NCBI GenBank assembly: GCA_964016885.1
Contig: OZ024741.1
Span: forward strand, 197,842,001-197,906,000
Source: Eledone cirrhosa
Taxonomy: Eukaryota
Reading direction: 5' to 3'
DNA: 64,000 bases
The notes below the pieces were generated by a model that had not been told where the DNA came from, did no database searches, and saw only the letters and a list, made by a program, of their open reading frames with translations. Positions within the stretch are counted from its first letter, which is position 1. Every line of letters begins with the position of its first letter. Positions 32,988-47,250 of the stretch are shown here, piece by piece. The position numbers and the translations under genes were made by a program.

Positions 32988-33170
32988 AAGAGAGATATAC
33001 TTTAACTTTAATTATATCTCATAAAATAATACAACTGGTTTTTCCACATTATACATATTCTTAGCACCCCAAACACTTAAATTGGGTTTATATTTTAATA
33101 TAACCTAATGTTTGTAGAGTGAGATGGTTACCAGTCAGAGTTTAGCTTTAAACTATCTCTGTTATTGTAT

Positions 33171-33212
<42 letters not shown>

Positions 33213-33215
<3 letters not shown>

Positions 33216-33434
33216 CGAAGGAAATGTGGTAAGGAATCAAGTGGACCATAACGCACCAAAGTACTCAATACTTAGGGTAGTAGAGTGGGTAATAGGAACG
33301 AGTAGGACCCCGACGGCTGAGCTCAAGCCGTTTCGACGGCTAATTCTGGACTAAAATTCTGGACTTTTTTTTTTTTTTAGTCCAGAATTAGCCGTCGAAA
33401 CGGCTTGAACTCAGCCGTCGGGGTCCTACTCGTT

Positions 33435-33436
<2 letters not shown>
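33213..33436 (-). mobile_element. 'GAAACGGC' family copy plus inverted partial
   Basis: 33295-33352 is inverted against 33378-33436 across a T-tract. Confidence 0.8.
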
Positions 33437-33492
<56 letters not shown>

Positions 33493-33754
33493 ATGTTCTA
33501 TTAAGAGAACCGATTTTACTGAAAAAATCGAATAATGTACAGCATTTTACCAGGGGGAAAAAAATACTGGTCCACCCACACACACACACACACACACATT
33601 CTCACACACACACACACACATTCTCTCACACACACACACACACACATATATACACACACACATACACACGCGTACATTAACATACAAAGAGACTTATACA
33701 CACACACACACATACGCACTTCTCCATATAAGACAAAAGCTGAAAAATAAATTT

Positions 33755-34306
33755 GACTCCGACAAAACTACAGTTTGGTGTGTCAGACCAAGGATTGACA
33801 CCGACTAAACTACATTTTGGTGTGTCAAACCAAGTATTGACACCAACTAAACTACAGTTTGGTGTGTATTAACACCGACTAAACTACAGTTTGGTGTGTC
33901 AAACCAAGTATTGACACCAACTAAACTACAGTTTGGTGTGTATTAACACCGACTAAACTACAGTTTGGTGTGTCAAACCAAGTATTGACACCAACTAAAC
34001 TACAGTTTGGTGTGTATTAACACCGACTAAACTACAGTTTGGTGTGTCAAACCAAGTATTGACACCAACTAAACTACAGTTTGGTGTGTATTAACACCGA
34101 CTAAACTACAGTTTGGTGTGTCAAACCAAGTATTGACACCAACTAAACTACAGTTTGGTGTGTATTAACACCGACTAAACTACAGTTTGGTGTGTCAAAC
34201 CAAGTATTGACACCAACTAAACTACAGTTTGGTGTGTATTAACACCGACTAAACTACAGTTTGGTGTGTCAAACCAAGTATTGACACAAACTACATTTTA
34301 GTGTGC
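33755..34306. repeat. Tandem array of 42-bp and 32-bp hairpin monomers forming a 74-bp higher-order repeat
   Basis: acacc(g/a)actaaactacagtttggtgt alternating with gtcaaaccaagtatt and gtatt; period 74 (33871, 33945, ...). Confidence 0.95.
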
Positions 34307-35151
34307 TTCAAGACCGTCGCTAAACCCGTGGTTTCATACGTAACATCGACTTACCTGCTGCAAACTCAATTTCAAACCGAAGTAAAAAAGGGAAGGCGTT
34401 CCAAGGATGAAATTTCAGACATGCAGCATTCAGTCTACTGAAGAGAAAAGTGGCTTCCAGTGAAATATTCAGTCAGAGTTTCATAATCTCGGCTTGCCCA
34501 TAGATCCATCTTAAGTAGTGCTTTGAGAACATCTTAAACCTAATGTTATGAAGTCCTTTGAGTAAGTCATAGGGTTATTCAAAAAGAAGGAGGGAAATTA
34601 GTTCAGTGAAAATAAACACGACAGGCCTCAATAGAAAGCTATCAGTTCAAGAGATAAAAAAACCGGTAGTGTTTACACACAAATAAATATAAACAGACAG
34701 ACGCGGACCCCTCCCCACCCCCCACATATATATAAATTTTCCCACAAATATATACATATATACTTACATACAGATATATACATATATATAGTTATATATA
34801 AAGAAATAGTGAAATGAATGCACCCACACACATACATATATATATATATATATAAACTTAATTTTAATTAGTCCATCAGTTTTCTTTTTGTGAGGGGGAA
34901 AAATCTATTTCAAATTTACTTATTTTATAGCATGAATAATAGTAATTAATATCCAATTGCGGGATTGAATTTAATCTATTTCGTATTTATAGTAACGATA
35001 AAAACACTCAAATTTCAATCATATATTTCGATCCTAATTTAGTCCCGCCAGAGTGATATTAAATTCAAAATTGTTTATGAGAGTCTGATAAGTCAGAGTC
35101 ATGTTTTAATATCAGAAAGATAGATTTAGCTTTTCAAATCACACACATACA

Positions 35152-35203
<52 letters not shown>

Positions 35204-35879
35204 CACACACAACACACACACACACACACACACACACACTCATGATTTTGATAGTGTGTATTAAATTATCTTGGATTTTCCAATATATTCTGTGTCGTGC
35301 ATACAATTCCCCATTTAATTAATCACACCGTCGACGAAACCATATTATGCAAATTAAATATGCCATTTCAGTAAAGTCCTAGTCAGTGTTTTATAGAGAT
35401 AACATTTCACTGTTGCTTTCTCTCTGGATAGAAGGCTAAAACTACTTGTTTACTGATGAACTGCTTAGTTGTGACACATGTATTGCAATCTCTTATGTTT
35501 TTCTGTTTACAAAAAGAATGCCAAAATGTTTTTCACAACTGTTATAAACTTTAGTGGTTAGAGAATTGGATTCGCAATCGTGAGATGTCGAGTTGAATTC
35601 CCGGATGGGGTGATGCATTATGTTCTCGAACAAGACACTTTATTTTACGTTGCTCTTTTTGTCACTCGTTAAGCGAATGAGGTCGGATCTTTGATTCGAT
35701 ACCTACATCAAATATTTTTGGATCTTATAATATACCCCGTGTGATGCATAGATATTATAATGGTATATATTAGTAACTGTAGAATATAGCATTGTATCTC
35801 TTCACCCAAGATCAAGAAAATACAAAGGATATTTACATATCTGTAACTACGCCATCTTGTTTCTGTGTGTGTGTTGTGT

Positions 35880-36147
35880 GGCTCACAACACACACACAGA
35901 AAGAATATGGCGTAGGACAGAACAAAGGAGAGGCACAAAAACAAAGAAAAGAATCCCAGTCACTGAAGAGGTCACAGAATGTGTGACGAAAGAACTTTGA
36001 CAATATATAAACAACCATCTGGTTGTGGAACCAATCAACTAACCGGAAATTTATGAATTCCTAAATTTATGAATTTATTATAATAAATTGAAGTGAAAGC
36101 TACTGGTGCGTGTGTTTCTTATTGGCAACATGACCCTCCCAAAGTAT

Positions 36148-36155
<8 letters not shown>
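35880..36155 (+). mobile_element. PLE 3' UTR fragment with HHR (same family as 26726-28600)
   Basis: Matches ~28340-28600; CTGAAGA at 35963; short inverted segment upstream. Confidence 0.8.
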
Positions 36156-36212
<57 letters not shown>

Positions 36213-36381
36213 TATATATATCCGTTTGAAACTCTACAATTTACATAAACGTACACATACGCATACACACACTACATTTCCTATCTCGGCCACGTTGCTA
36301 CAATTAAATTTTTTGCTTTCTAATCTCAAGAGGCTGGATTCAGAAACCTACATTTGTCCCTGAAAATAATTACCCCCCCCT

Positions 36382-36441
<60 letters not shown>

Positions 36442-36584
36442 ATGATATTAAATAAATGGAGACTATATTTATAAAACCATTTTTAATAGCATTGATATTA
36501 TACTCCAGAAAACTGTCGAGTGCTTCGAATCAGTTATAAACATATATATTTGTTGAATTACCAACAAATTAAATATCCCTTTTG

Positions 36585-36640
<56 letters not shown>

Positions 36641-36692
36641 TAAACGGAATAGAAAATGCTGACAAATTGTTCACAGTTGAAAAATGGTTTAA

Positions 36693-37680
36693 TCTATATA
36701 TATAAAACTGTGGTTGTCTGTCTGTCTATCGATTTTTGAAACACATCTCCTCTTAGAATCTCTCACGGAATTGCACCGAAATTGCTATACTTGTACATTG
36801 AGTCCTAGCGAAGACATCGGAAAAAAAAATTTCAAATTGACCCACCCTATGTGACGAAATCGAATATAATGTATCGATTTTTGAGCGTAAGTTATCAGTT
36901 ATTTCCCTTTGTTCTGTTTACATTGAGCGTCTTACGTAAAAAATTACGCTGGCTTTCTCAGCGTTTAAAATGACATTAACACAATACACGAACGAACAGT
37001 TGTCGAGCCAGCAAAATATTGACCTGCAAAATTCATCAGTTCGAACACTAAGCTTCCGTTTTGCTTCATTTCCATTTAAAAGCATTTTAAAACAATATTT
37101 TTACTTGAAAACAAGTCTATTTAAAGACTACGTAAAACAAGCAAATATTTCGTCGTTAGGCATGCAGACAGACAGTCGTGCAGACAGACAGTCGTGCAGA
37201 GAGGTGATATAGGCGTGCAGACAGACAGTCGTGCAGAGATGTGATATAGGCGTGCAGACAGACAGTCGTGCAGAGAGGTGATATAGGCGTGCAGACAGGC
37301 AGTCGTGCAGAGAGGTGATATAGGCGTGCAGACAGACAGTCGTGCAGAGAGGTGATATAGGCGTGCAGACAGACATAACTGATAATTTGGTTACGCTAAT
37401 GTTTTTCTCTGCGTTGCAGTGTTTACATTTTCGATCTTTGTTAATAAATAACCAGTGCAGTTTCTATCCCCAGCATCCTCTTTTGTTATAACATTCGGGT
37501 TATCGTTATGTTTTCTTAACTTCATAAGGCATATTGTTGGTTGAGGGAATATTAATCAAAAACACCACATGCAAGTCTGCACAGTAGACACTACAGTTTT
37601 TAAGCCAAGAAAGAAACTTAACATTGTAACTTTAACACAGCTACTGAGCGACCCCGAGCAACGCCGGGGTTTACTGCTAG
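36693..37680 (+). mobile_element. Non-autonomous Helitron, family B, inserted into the ~1-kb family
   Basis: 5' TC, hairpin ccccgagcaacgccgggg, 3' CTAG; splits ggtttaA|Ttaggaat, which is contiguous at ~7278 and ~16638; internal 16/32-bp tandem repeats. Confidence 0.93.
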
Positions 37681-39188
<1,508 letters not shown>

Positions 39189-39535
39189 CGTAAAATAAGA
39201 AAATCTTTTTCAAAAAATTTTTTTTTTTAATTTTTTACTTACTTACTTAAATTTTCACTCCAACTAATTAGATTCTGCAATGGGATAAACACAGTTACGT
39301 AATCTAACTGTCGAGAATTCATTGCGTCATCAGGGAGTCTATTCTCAGCTAAGTCTCCAGGCAATGCGCAGACACTGGCGGCTCATATAAAAATAATAAT
39401 AATTCGGTAGATAGAACAGCTGGCGAGGACTGAATTCCATGTACTGAAATCCTCACATAGTTAAAAGAATAGAGGTGTAACACACAAGTTATTATATATT
39501 GGTAAACGGAATAGAAAATGCTGTATGCATATGTG

Positions 39536-39579
<44 letters not shown>

Positions 39580-39629
39580 TGCTACTGTACGTCTGTATAC
39601 ATATATGTATGTACGTATACATACATACT

Positions 39630-39680
<51 letters not shown>

Positions 39681-39829
39681 CGGAAGAAATGTGGTAAGGA
39701 ACCAGGTGGACCATAACGCACCAAAGAACTCAATACTTAGGGTAGTAGAGTGGGTAATAGGAACGAGTGGGACCCCGACGGCTAAGCTCTCGAAACGGCT
39801 TGAGCTCAGCCGTCGGGGTCCCACTCGTT

Positions 39830-39963
<134 letters not shown>

Positions 39964-39964
39964 C

Positions 39965-40890
39965 ATAAAATTTAAATTAAATTTAAAATAAAATTACAAA
40001 GAATCAGTCCGGAGCCTTGTAGTTATGCAATAGATGTTTGGTGTCGTGTGGACAACGTGTGAAAAATTCACTTCTCGTGGTTAGGCAATCACTATTGCGT
40101 AATCTCTTTAGAATAGTTATTCGTTCGTCAATACATAAGCTACACGTCGGATTTCCCCTTGCGTATGGCTTGGACTTAGTGATGGCTTTCCATTGAATGG
40201 AGTAGTCTATACTTGAGTCCTTGAGGGACCATACGTGGCTCGCGAGTTTCGTGGATGAACGTCTGTCCAGGTATCTGAAGGTAGACTGGTGGTTCAGGAA
40301 ATGCTCCTTGAATCGGCCCTCCGCCATGCCCACATAGGATTTGACCTCCTGTGGTTCGTTTGGTCGGTTGGGAGTGACCACAGCTTCATAGATTACAGCT
40401 GGTGTGTTGCATTGCTGTTGAAGTGGGCAAGCTTCAGGCTTATGGCAAGAGCACCCTGATGGGGTGTTGCTCTTAGGGCTGCTGGTGATGTGGCCTTCAT
40501 GTTCTTAGCGCAGGAGTATCCTAGTTTAACTTTGTGTCGGTTAAAGATTGAGCGGTATTTATGACCTATGGGGAAGTGTCTATCTAAGAGGGCTAGAAAT
40601 GTTTTTCCTACATTGGTTTTAACGTTGAGTGAGAAGGGAGGAGAGAACCAGATAGTTTGTCTATTGTTGCGCTTACTTTTCTTAATGGTGTTTTTGCTAG
40701 TGAGAGAGTAAGTGATAGGGTGTGAGAAGCCGCTGTTAGCCAACGCCGTGTTATAGTAGGGTGCCGCCCTGTCAAAGATAGCCTTATTAGAGGAGAGGTT
40801 TGAGATTCTAGTACTGATATTCTTAACGAAGTTTCTAAAAACAGTGGGAGGGTGGCATGAGTCCTTGTGAATGTAGTGGAAAATGTTGTC
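39965..40890 (-). mobile_element. 5'-truncated PLE, Nematis-like (CxC..CPL..C linker + GIY-YIG)
   Basis: YIHKDSCHPP, IWFSPPFSLNVKTNVGK, SYVGMAEGRFKEHFLNH, CSLCIDE, CPH. Confidence 0.9.
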
Positions 40891-40912
40891 GATGCATGTA
40901 TCGGTATGTGTG

Positions 40913-40976
<64 letters not shown>

Positions 40977-41369
40977 GTGTTGGAATATTCACGTATAATC
41001 CTGTAGACAGCAGTGGTCGAGAACTCGTTGCAGGGAAGCCAAGGAAGGTTTGTCAGGGCGGAAGTGAATGGGAGGGGGCGCACGCAGAACGGAAGTGAGT
41101 TGGGAGGGCTTGTGGAGGTAGCGCGTGCGTGTGTGTGTGTGTGTTTAGTAGTAGGTACGAGGTGCAGTGGTGGTAGAGTGCGTCTGTATGGTGATGGGGA
41201 GCGAAGGATGATGGCCGGTGAGGTGGGGAAGGGTTATTAGCGATAGTGGATGGGTGAGTCAGTTAGTTAGTGCTGTAAATGGGATGAACGGAGGGTCATA
41301 TGGGAGTTTTTCTCTAACTCTCTTTGTCTCTATGTACACGCACACACATACTCACATACACACACAATA

Positions 41370-41444
<75 letters not shown>

Positions 41445-41447
<3 letters not shown>

Positions 41448-41789
41448 AAAAGTAAACGGAAACAACAAAGCAAACAACACAGTACAATGAAGAAATATAT
41501 TAGTTTAACGCTTGATATTGTAGCAAAAGTCTTTGCGTTTCGGACACTAGTTCTTCATCAGAAAATAGAATGAGAAATTCAAGGAGCAATAGAAAGATAG
41601 GGAATGAGAAAAGGTATATGTTTCCATCCCTTCCTTTTCTCGTTCTCTATCTTTCTATTTCATCTTTAATTTCTCATTCTATTTTCTAGTGAACGAAATG
41701 TAAAGACTTTTTCCTACTATATCAAGCGTTAAACTAATATATTTCTTCATTGTACTGTGTTTTTTGCTTTGTTGTTTCTGTTTACTTTT

Positions 41790-41795
<6 letters not shown>
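41445..41795. repeat. Inverted repeat of a PLE-type end with HHR in the left arm
   Basis: gcaaaaagtaaac ... gtttactttttgc; (TA)n on both sides. Confidence 0.85.
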
Positions 41796-41826
<31 letters not shown>

Positions 41827-41889
41827 GTTATTCCGGGTTGAAACGGAGGTAACCACAGTAAGTAAGGTACTCAATACATAGCAGAGTAT

Positions 41890-41987
41890 AAAAGTTTTAA
41901 TATAGATGAGATTCTACAGGACTAGAACTGTTTCATTTCTAAAGAATGAAACAGTTCTAGTCCTGTAGAATCTCATCTATATTAAAA

Positions 41988-41990
<3 letters not shown>
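41890..41990. repeat. Near-perfect ~50-bp-arm palindrome centred just 5' of GAAAC
   Basis: ...ctagaactgtttcatt-tctaaag-aatgaaacagttctag... Confidence 0.9.
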
Positions 41991-42027
<37 letters not shown>

Positions 42028-42111
42028 AAAGTTCTATTTAAAATTGTTGGGATACAACAAGTAAATATTTTTATAACTGATATAAAGCACTCGACAAGTA
42101 TTTGGAGTAGA

Positions 42112-42268
42112 TATACGATATTAATAAATGGAAACTATATTTATAAAACCATATTTATTTCATTATACATATTTCAGGCATACCATAATTTAATTTGGTA
42201 TCCCTGAAATATGTATAATGAAATAAATATGGTTTTATAAATATAGTTTCCATTTATTAATATCGTAT
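42112..42268. repeat. Palindrome of HHR 3' halves; family tails also at 32631-32750 and 36465-36588
   Basis: ...catatttcaggcatacca / tggtatccct GAAA tatgt ATA atgaaata... Confidence 0.85.
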
Positions 42269-42357
42269 ATATATATATATATATCCCACTCTCCTGAGCG
42301 TGAATTTAATAAACATTTATCGTACTGCCTCTCTGTTCGGTCCCTGTTCAATTTTTC

Positions 42358-42456
<99 letters not shown>

Positions 42457-42824
42457 TGTGTGTATGTGTATGTGTCTGTATGTGTGTATGTGTGTGCGTG
42501 TACATAGAGAGTGATAGTGAGAGAGGGAAAGAGAGATTCAGACAAACAATCCCATATGACTAATTTAAAATGTTGACCACCCAAAGGTTACGACCTTTTT
42601 TTATTTCCGCACCAGCACTCGCATTTTCTCTTGGCATCCATTGTGCTTCAACAATGAAATTGTAATATTTCTACATCTGCGCTCATAGCAGCTTCACCAT
42701 ATCATTCACTCTCAGTATGTTTTATACCATTATAACTATATCGCTTAGCTTCTAAAGATGTATTACACCTAAAGATGTCGTGCAAAAGAAATATGGGGTA
42801 TGATTATTGTATAGAATATATATT

Positions 42825-42981
42825 TAATTGTTTCTATTTTTGGCACAAGGCCAGCAATTAACCAGTACATTACTGGTACTTTATTTTATCGACCCCGTAA
42901 GGATGAAAGGCAAAGTTAACCTCGGCGGGATTTGAACTCAAATCATAAAGGGACGTAACTCTATGCTTCAAGGCATGGTGT
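42825..42981 (-). mobile_element. tRNA-derived SINE, 5'-truncated
   Basis: Matches the family tail and core. Confidence 0.85.
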
Positions 42982-42985
42982 TATA

Positions 42986-43039
<54 letters not shown>

Positions 43040-43042
<3 letters not shown>

Positions 43043-43810
43043 CTGTATGACCCCGACGGCAGAGCTCAAGCCGTTTCGAGGGCTATTTCTGGTACCCTAA
43101 GTATTGAGTACTCTGGTGCGTTAAGGTCCATCTGGTTCCTTACCACAACTCCTTCGTTATATATAGATATAGATATATAGATAATTGTTTCTACTTTTGG
43201 CACAAGGCCAGCAATTACCCAGTACATTACTGGTACTTTATTTTATCGACCCCGTAAGGATGAAAGGCAAAGTCAACCTCGGCGGGATTTGAACTCAGAT
43301 CATAAAGGGACGTAACTATGCTGGAAAGCATGGCGTCCGACTCTCTACCGATACTGCCTATCCATATTTAATATTACAATGTTACAATTCAAAACACCGA
43401 CCGCAAAAGGCTTTCTTCAACTATCTTCACAATCATATTTTATTAGTATAGCATTCTATACATTACCAAAGACATTATCTATATGGATTGGCAGTATCGG
43501 TAGAGGGTCGGACACCATGCTTTCCAGCATAGTTACGTCCCTTAACGATCTGAATTCAAATCCCGCCGAGGTTGACTTTGCCTTTCATACTTACGGGGTC
43601 GATAAAATAAAGTACCAGTAATGCACTGGGTAATTGCTGGCCTTGTGCCAAAAGTAGAAACAATTATCTATATATCTATATCTATATATAACGAAGGAGT
43701 TGTGGTAAGGAACCAGATGGACCTTAACGCACCAGAGTACTCAATACTTAGGGTACCAGAAATAGCCCTCGAAACGGCTTGAGCTCTGCCGTCGGGGTCA
43801 TACAGTTTCC
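43040..43810. repeat. Inverted duplication of a composite unit (HHR-half fragment + SINE)
   Basis: 43040-43365 is inverted against 43481-43810; SINEs at ~43181-43365 (-) and ~43483-43667 (+). Confidence 0.9.
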
Positions 43811-44052
43811 TATATATATATATATATGTGTGTGTGTGGGGGGGGGGTTCTTTGGTGTTAGTTAATCCGTTGTTGAGTTTCAAGTTGCCCTCGTTGATTA
43901 TCTACCAATGTGAAGACAAGATTCTGCTCTCGACGTAGCTTACTTTCCAAGCTGTGATGAAATCACGCTGGTTCGCGCACCACAGTGTATTAATATATAA
44001 TGAAAAACGTCAATGTATTTGAATCTTACATCATTTCACTGATTACTTTGTT

Positions 44053-44111
44053 ACTGTTATATATATTTCAGTTGAATCTGTTATGTAATAGATATGACCT
44101 CATCAGACGGT
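44053..44111 (-). ncRNA. Minimal type I HHR within inverted repeat 43990-44365
   Basis: Minus strand: accgt CTGATGA ggtcatatct...caact GAAA t ATAT ATA acagt; the plus-arm copy has a mutated core (CTGTTAA). Confidence 0.7.
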
Positions 44112-44361
44112 TATTGTGTAATCTTTTGTTCAACGTATGATATGTCCTAGGCGGGTTTTGAGGTTACTCCTCCAATGTCAGTTCGGCCTTGGGGGAGTAA
44201 TTTCAAAATCCGCCTAGGACATATCACACGTTGACCAATAGATTACTCAATAGCCGTCTGTTAAGGTCATTTCTATTACATAATAGATACAACTGAAATA
44301 TATATAACAGTAACAAAATAATCAATATAATGTTGTAAGTTTCAAATACACTGACTTCTTC

Positions 44362-44414
<53 letters not shown>

Positions 44415-44858
44415 AAATATGGAGAAAAATACTGCAGGTAGCGCATGGATAACATGTAATAAAATGAGTCCCTCATCAGTGATTTGCCGACGATCATAGA
44501 TATTTCATTGCATTAAAAATCATATACCTCACGTCGGTGCAATAATAACTAAAATAAGTTATTAGGACAATTAAAACGCGTAAAGCGAGTGAGACAGGAG
44601 AACAACAAAGAGTATATATAAAGGCAGGTAATAACCTGACCGCCACACCTAGCGGTACAAGAGTGTACTTGTCAAATACAAACTGAAACTGATTGGTGCC
44701 GCGGTCGGAATTTTACATTCCTTTATATACATTCTGGTTCTTTCCCTACATAGAGTACTACCCTGATTTGTCGTCTCCCCCGTCTCGACACTGCTGACTT
44801 TATATATACAATTATAAGTGGGAAAAGCAAACAAGATAAAAGTTACCTAATTTATTTC

Positions 44859-44944
44859 GAAGGCCCGACTGCAGTTTCGCTGTATACGACGTAGATTGGG
44901 TATTCTAATAATTTAGGATTTCCTTCGCTCATCAGGAGACTTTC
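44859..44944 (-). ncRNA. Type I HHR
   Basis: Minus strand: gtctc CTGATGA gc...cagc GAAA c TGCA GTC gggcc. Confidence 0.7.
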
Positions 44945-45262
44945 AATCCAAGAAAAATAATTTCAAGTGATTGTTACTGATAATTTCGAGGAGGAAAATA
45001 TCACATGATAGGTGGTCAGCAAGATGGGTAACAGAAAGTGGACGATTGGCGAGTAACAGGATTACTAGAAAACACAGTCCGTTCCAGCCTAATTTTTTAC
45101 TCGACCGTAAGGAAGTATAGAACAAAATTATTGAAGATACATACATATATATGCATATGTATAGACATGTATATGAGGATGACCATCAGTTATCAGTTAT
45201 CACCAGTAACTGCCACTTGAAAAAGATCTTTTGTGGTGGAGGGGGGGGGGGGTATTGGGAAT

Positions 45263-45352
45263 GTCTCCTGATGAGCTGTGATATGTCACAGAAAAGTATA
45301 TCCTAAATCAATACTGAAGCTGCTTTTTACACAGCGAAATTGCAGTCGGGAC
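45263..45352 (+). ncRNA. Type I HHR
   Basis: gtctc CTGATGA gctgtg...acacagc GAAA t TGCA GTC gggac. Confidence 0.8.
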
Positions 45353-45674
45353 TTGTGATTTTATAACACTGACTAATTGATTATTTAATTAATTCATTCA
45401 TTGAGAAAAACTGGTAATAGTTGGACAGCCCTATATGTATACCTATACTTATGTATATATGTATATATGTATGTATCTTCAATAATTTGTTCTATACTCC
45501 CTTACGGTCGAGTAAAATATTAGGCTGGAACGGACTGTGTTTTCTAGTAATCCTGTTTACTCTCCAGTCGTCCACTTTCTGCTACCCATCTTGCTGATAC
45601 ACCTACCTCTTGATATTTTCCCTTTCAACATTAGCACCAGTAACGGTCACTTGAACAATATTTTCTTGGATTTA

Positions 45675-45757
45675 GAAGTTACCTGATGAGCTGTGATGTC
45701 TCATAGCAAAGAATATCCAAGCTGGTTCCTACACAGCGAAACTGCAGTCGAGACTTC
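45675..45757 (+). ncRNA. Type I HHR
   Basis: gaagttac CTGATGA gctgtg...acacagc GAAA c TGCA GTC gagacttc. Confidence 0.8.
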
Positions 45758-45814
45758 GAAATAAATTAATTTTGTTTGCTTTTCCCACTTATGCTTTTAT
45801 AACAGTCTGACTAA

Positions 45815-46035
45815 CCTCCCTGCTCACCACCATAGGCGTTGAGCTGGCCAGCCGCAGGTGTGAGCCTCGCGAGTTGGAATGGCTCTTCCAGCGCATCTCC
45901 CTTGCCATCCTCCGGGAAACGCCTTCTCCATCCTGTCCGCCGGGGCTGTGGGGAGGCCAGCACGTGGGACCCCATTTGCTCACCATACGGATTAATAGGC
46001 AAAGTTATAAACTATTGTAAATAAACCTATTTAAT
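45815..46035 (+). mobile_element. CRE-clade non-LTR retrotransposon 3' end
   Basis: GC-rich; reads LLTTIGVELASRRCEPRELEWLFQRISLAILR/GNAFSILSAG (one frameshift), matching the CRE-type QRISLAI.RGNA terminus; AATAAA at ~46020. Confidence 0.75.
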
Positions 46036-46127
46036 TTTTTTTTTTAATTCATTCATTCATTGAGCAAATCTGATAACTGATGGACACCCTTAAATGAATG
46101 TCCATACTTTATATATATATACATATA

Positions 46128-46328
46128 ATAGGAACGAGTAGGACCCCGACGGCTGAGCTCAAGCCGTTTCGACGGCTAATTCTGGACAGTCCAGAATTAG
46201 CCGTCGAAACAGCTTGAGCTCAGCCGTCGGGGTCCTACTCGTTCCTATTACCCACTCTACTACCCTAAGTATTGAGTACTTTGGTGCGTTATGGTCCACC
46301 TGGTTCCTTACAACATTTCCTTCGTTAT
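46128..46328 (+). mobile_element. 'GAAACGGC' family copy with fold-back at 46188
   Basis: ...ttctggac-a-gtccagaa... Confidence 0.85.
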
Positions 46329-46344
46329 ATATACATATATATAG

Positions 46345-47250
46345 ATATGTATGTGTATGTATGTGTGTGTGTGTATGTGTGTGTGTATTATGTTTATGTT
46401 TATATGTATGTATGTATTATTATTATATGTATGTTAGAGCTCTATATGTATGTAATGTATGTGTGTGTATGTGTATGTGCATTATGTTTATGTTTATATG
46501 TATGTATGTATTATTATTATATGTATGTTAGAGCTCTATATGTATGTAATGTATGTGTGTATGTGTATGTGTATTATGTTTATGTTTATATGTATGTATT
46601 ATTATTATATGTATGTTAGAGCTCTATATGTATGTAATGTATGTGTGTATGTGTATGTGTATTATGTTTATGTTTATATGTATGTATTATTATTATTATA
46701 TGTATGTTAGAGCTCTATATGTATGTAATGTATGTGTGTATGTGTATGTGTATTATGTTTATGTTTATATGTATGTATGTATTATTATTATATGTATGTT
46801 AGAGCTCTATATGTATGTGTGTATATGTATGTGTATTATGTTTATATGTATGTATGTATTATTCTTATATGTATGTTAGAGCTCTATATGTATGTAATGT
46901 ATGTGTGTGTATGTGTATGTGCATTATGTTTATGTTTATATGTATGTATGTATTATTATTATATGTATGTTAGAGCTCTATATGTATGTAATGTATGTGT
47001 GTATGTGTATGTGTATTATGTTTATGTTTATATGTATGTATTATTATTATATGTATGTTAGAGCTCTATATGTATGTAATGTATGTGTGTATGTGTATGT
47101 GTATTATGTTTATGTTTATATGTATGTATTATTATTATTATATGTATGTTAGAGCTCTATATGTATGTAATGTATGTGTGTATGTGTATGTGTATTATGT
47201 TTATGTTTATATGTATGTTAGAGCTCTATATGTATGTAATGTATGTGTGT
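46345..47250. repeat. ~90-bp minisatellite, about 10 copies
   Basis: Recurring gttagagctctatatg anchor in a TATG-rich unit. Confidence 0.92.

Noticed and set aside
33755-34306. CRISPR array
   Set aside because: Linkers are short and repeat in alternation rather than being unique spacers; no cas genes; eukaryotic context.
34433-34475. HHR at CTGAAGA...GAAA
   Set aside because: No convincing stem I or stem II pairing and no second copy.
46345-47250. Cys/Tyr/Met-rich repetitive protein
   Set aside because: TATG-rich minisatellite with variable unit length and no maintained frame.
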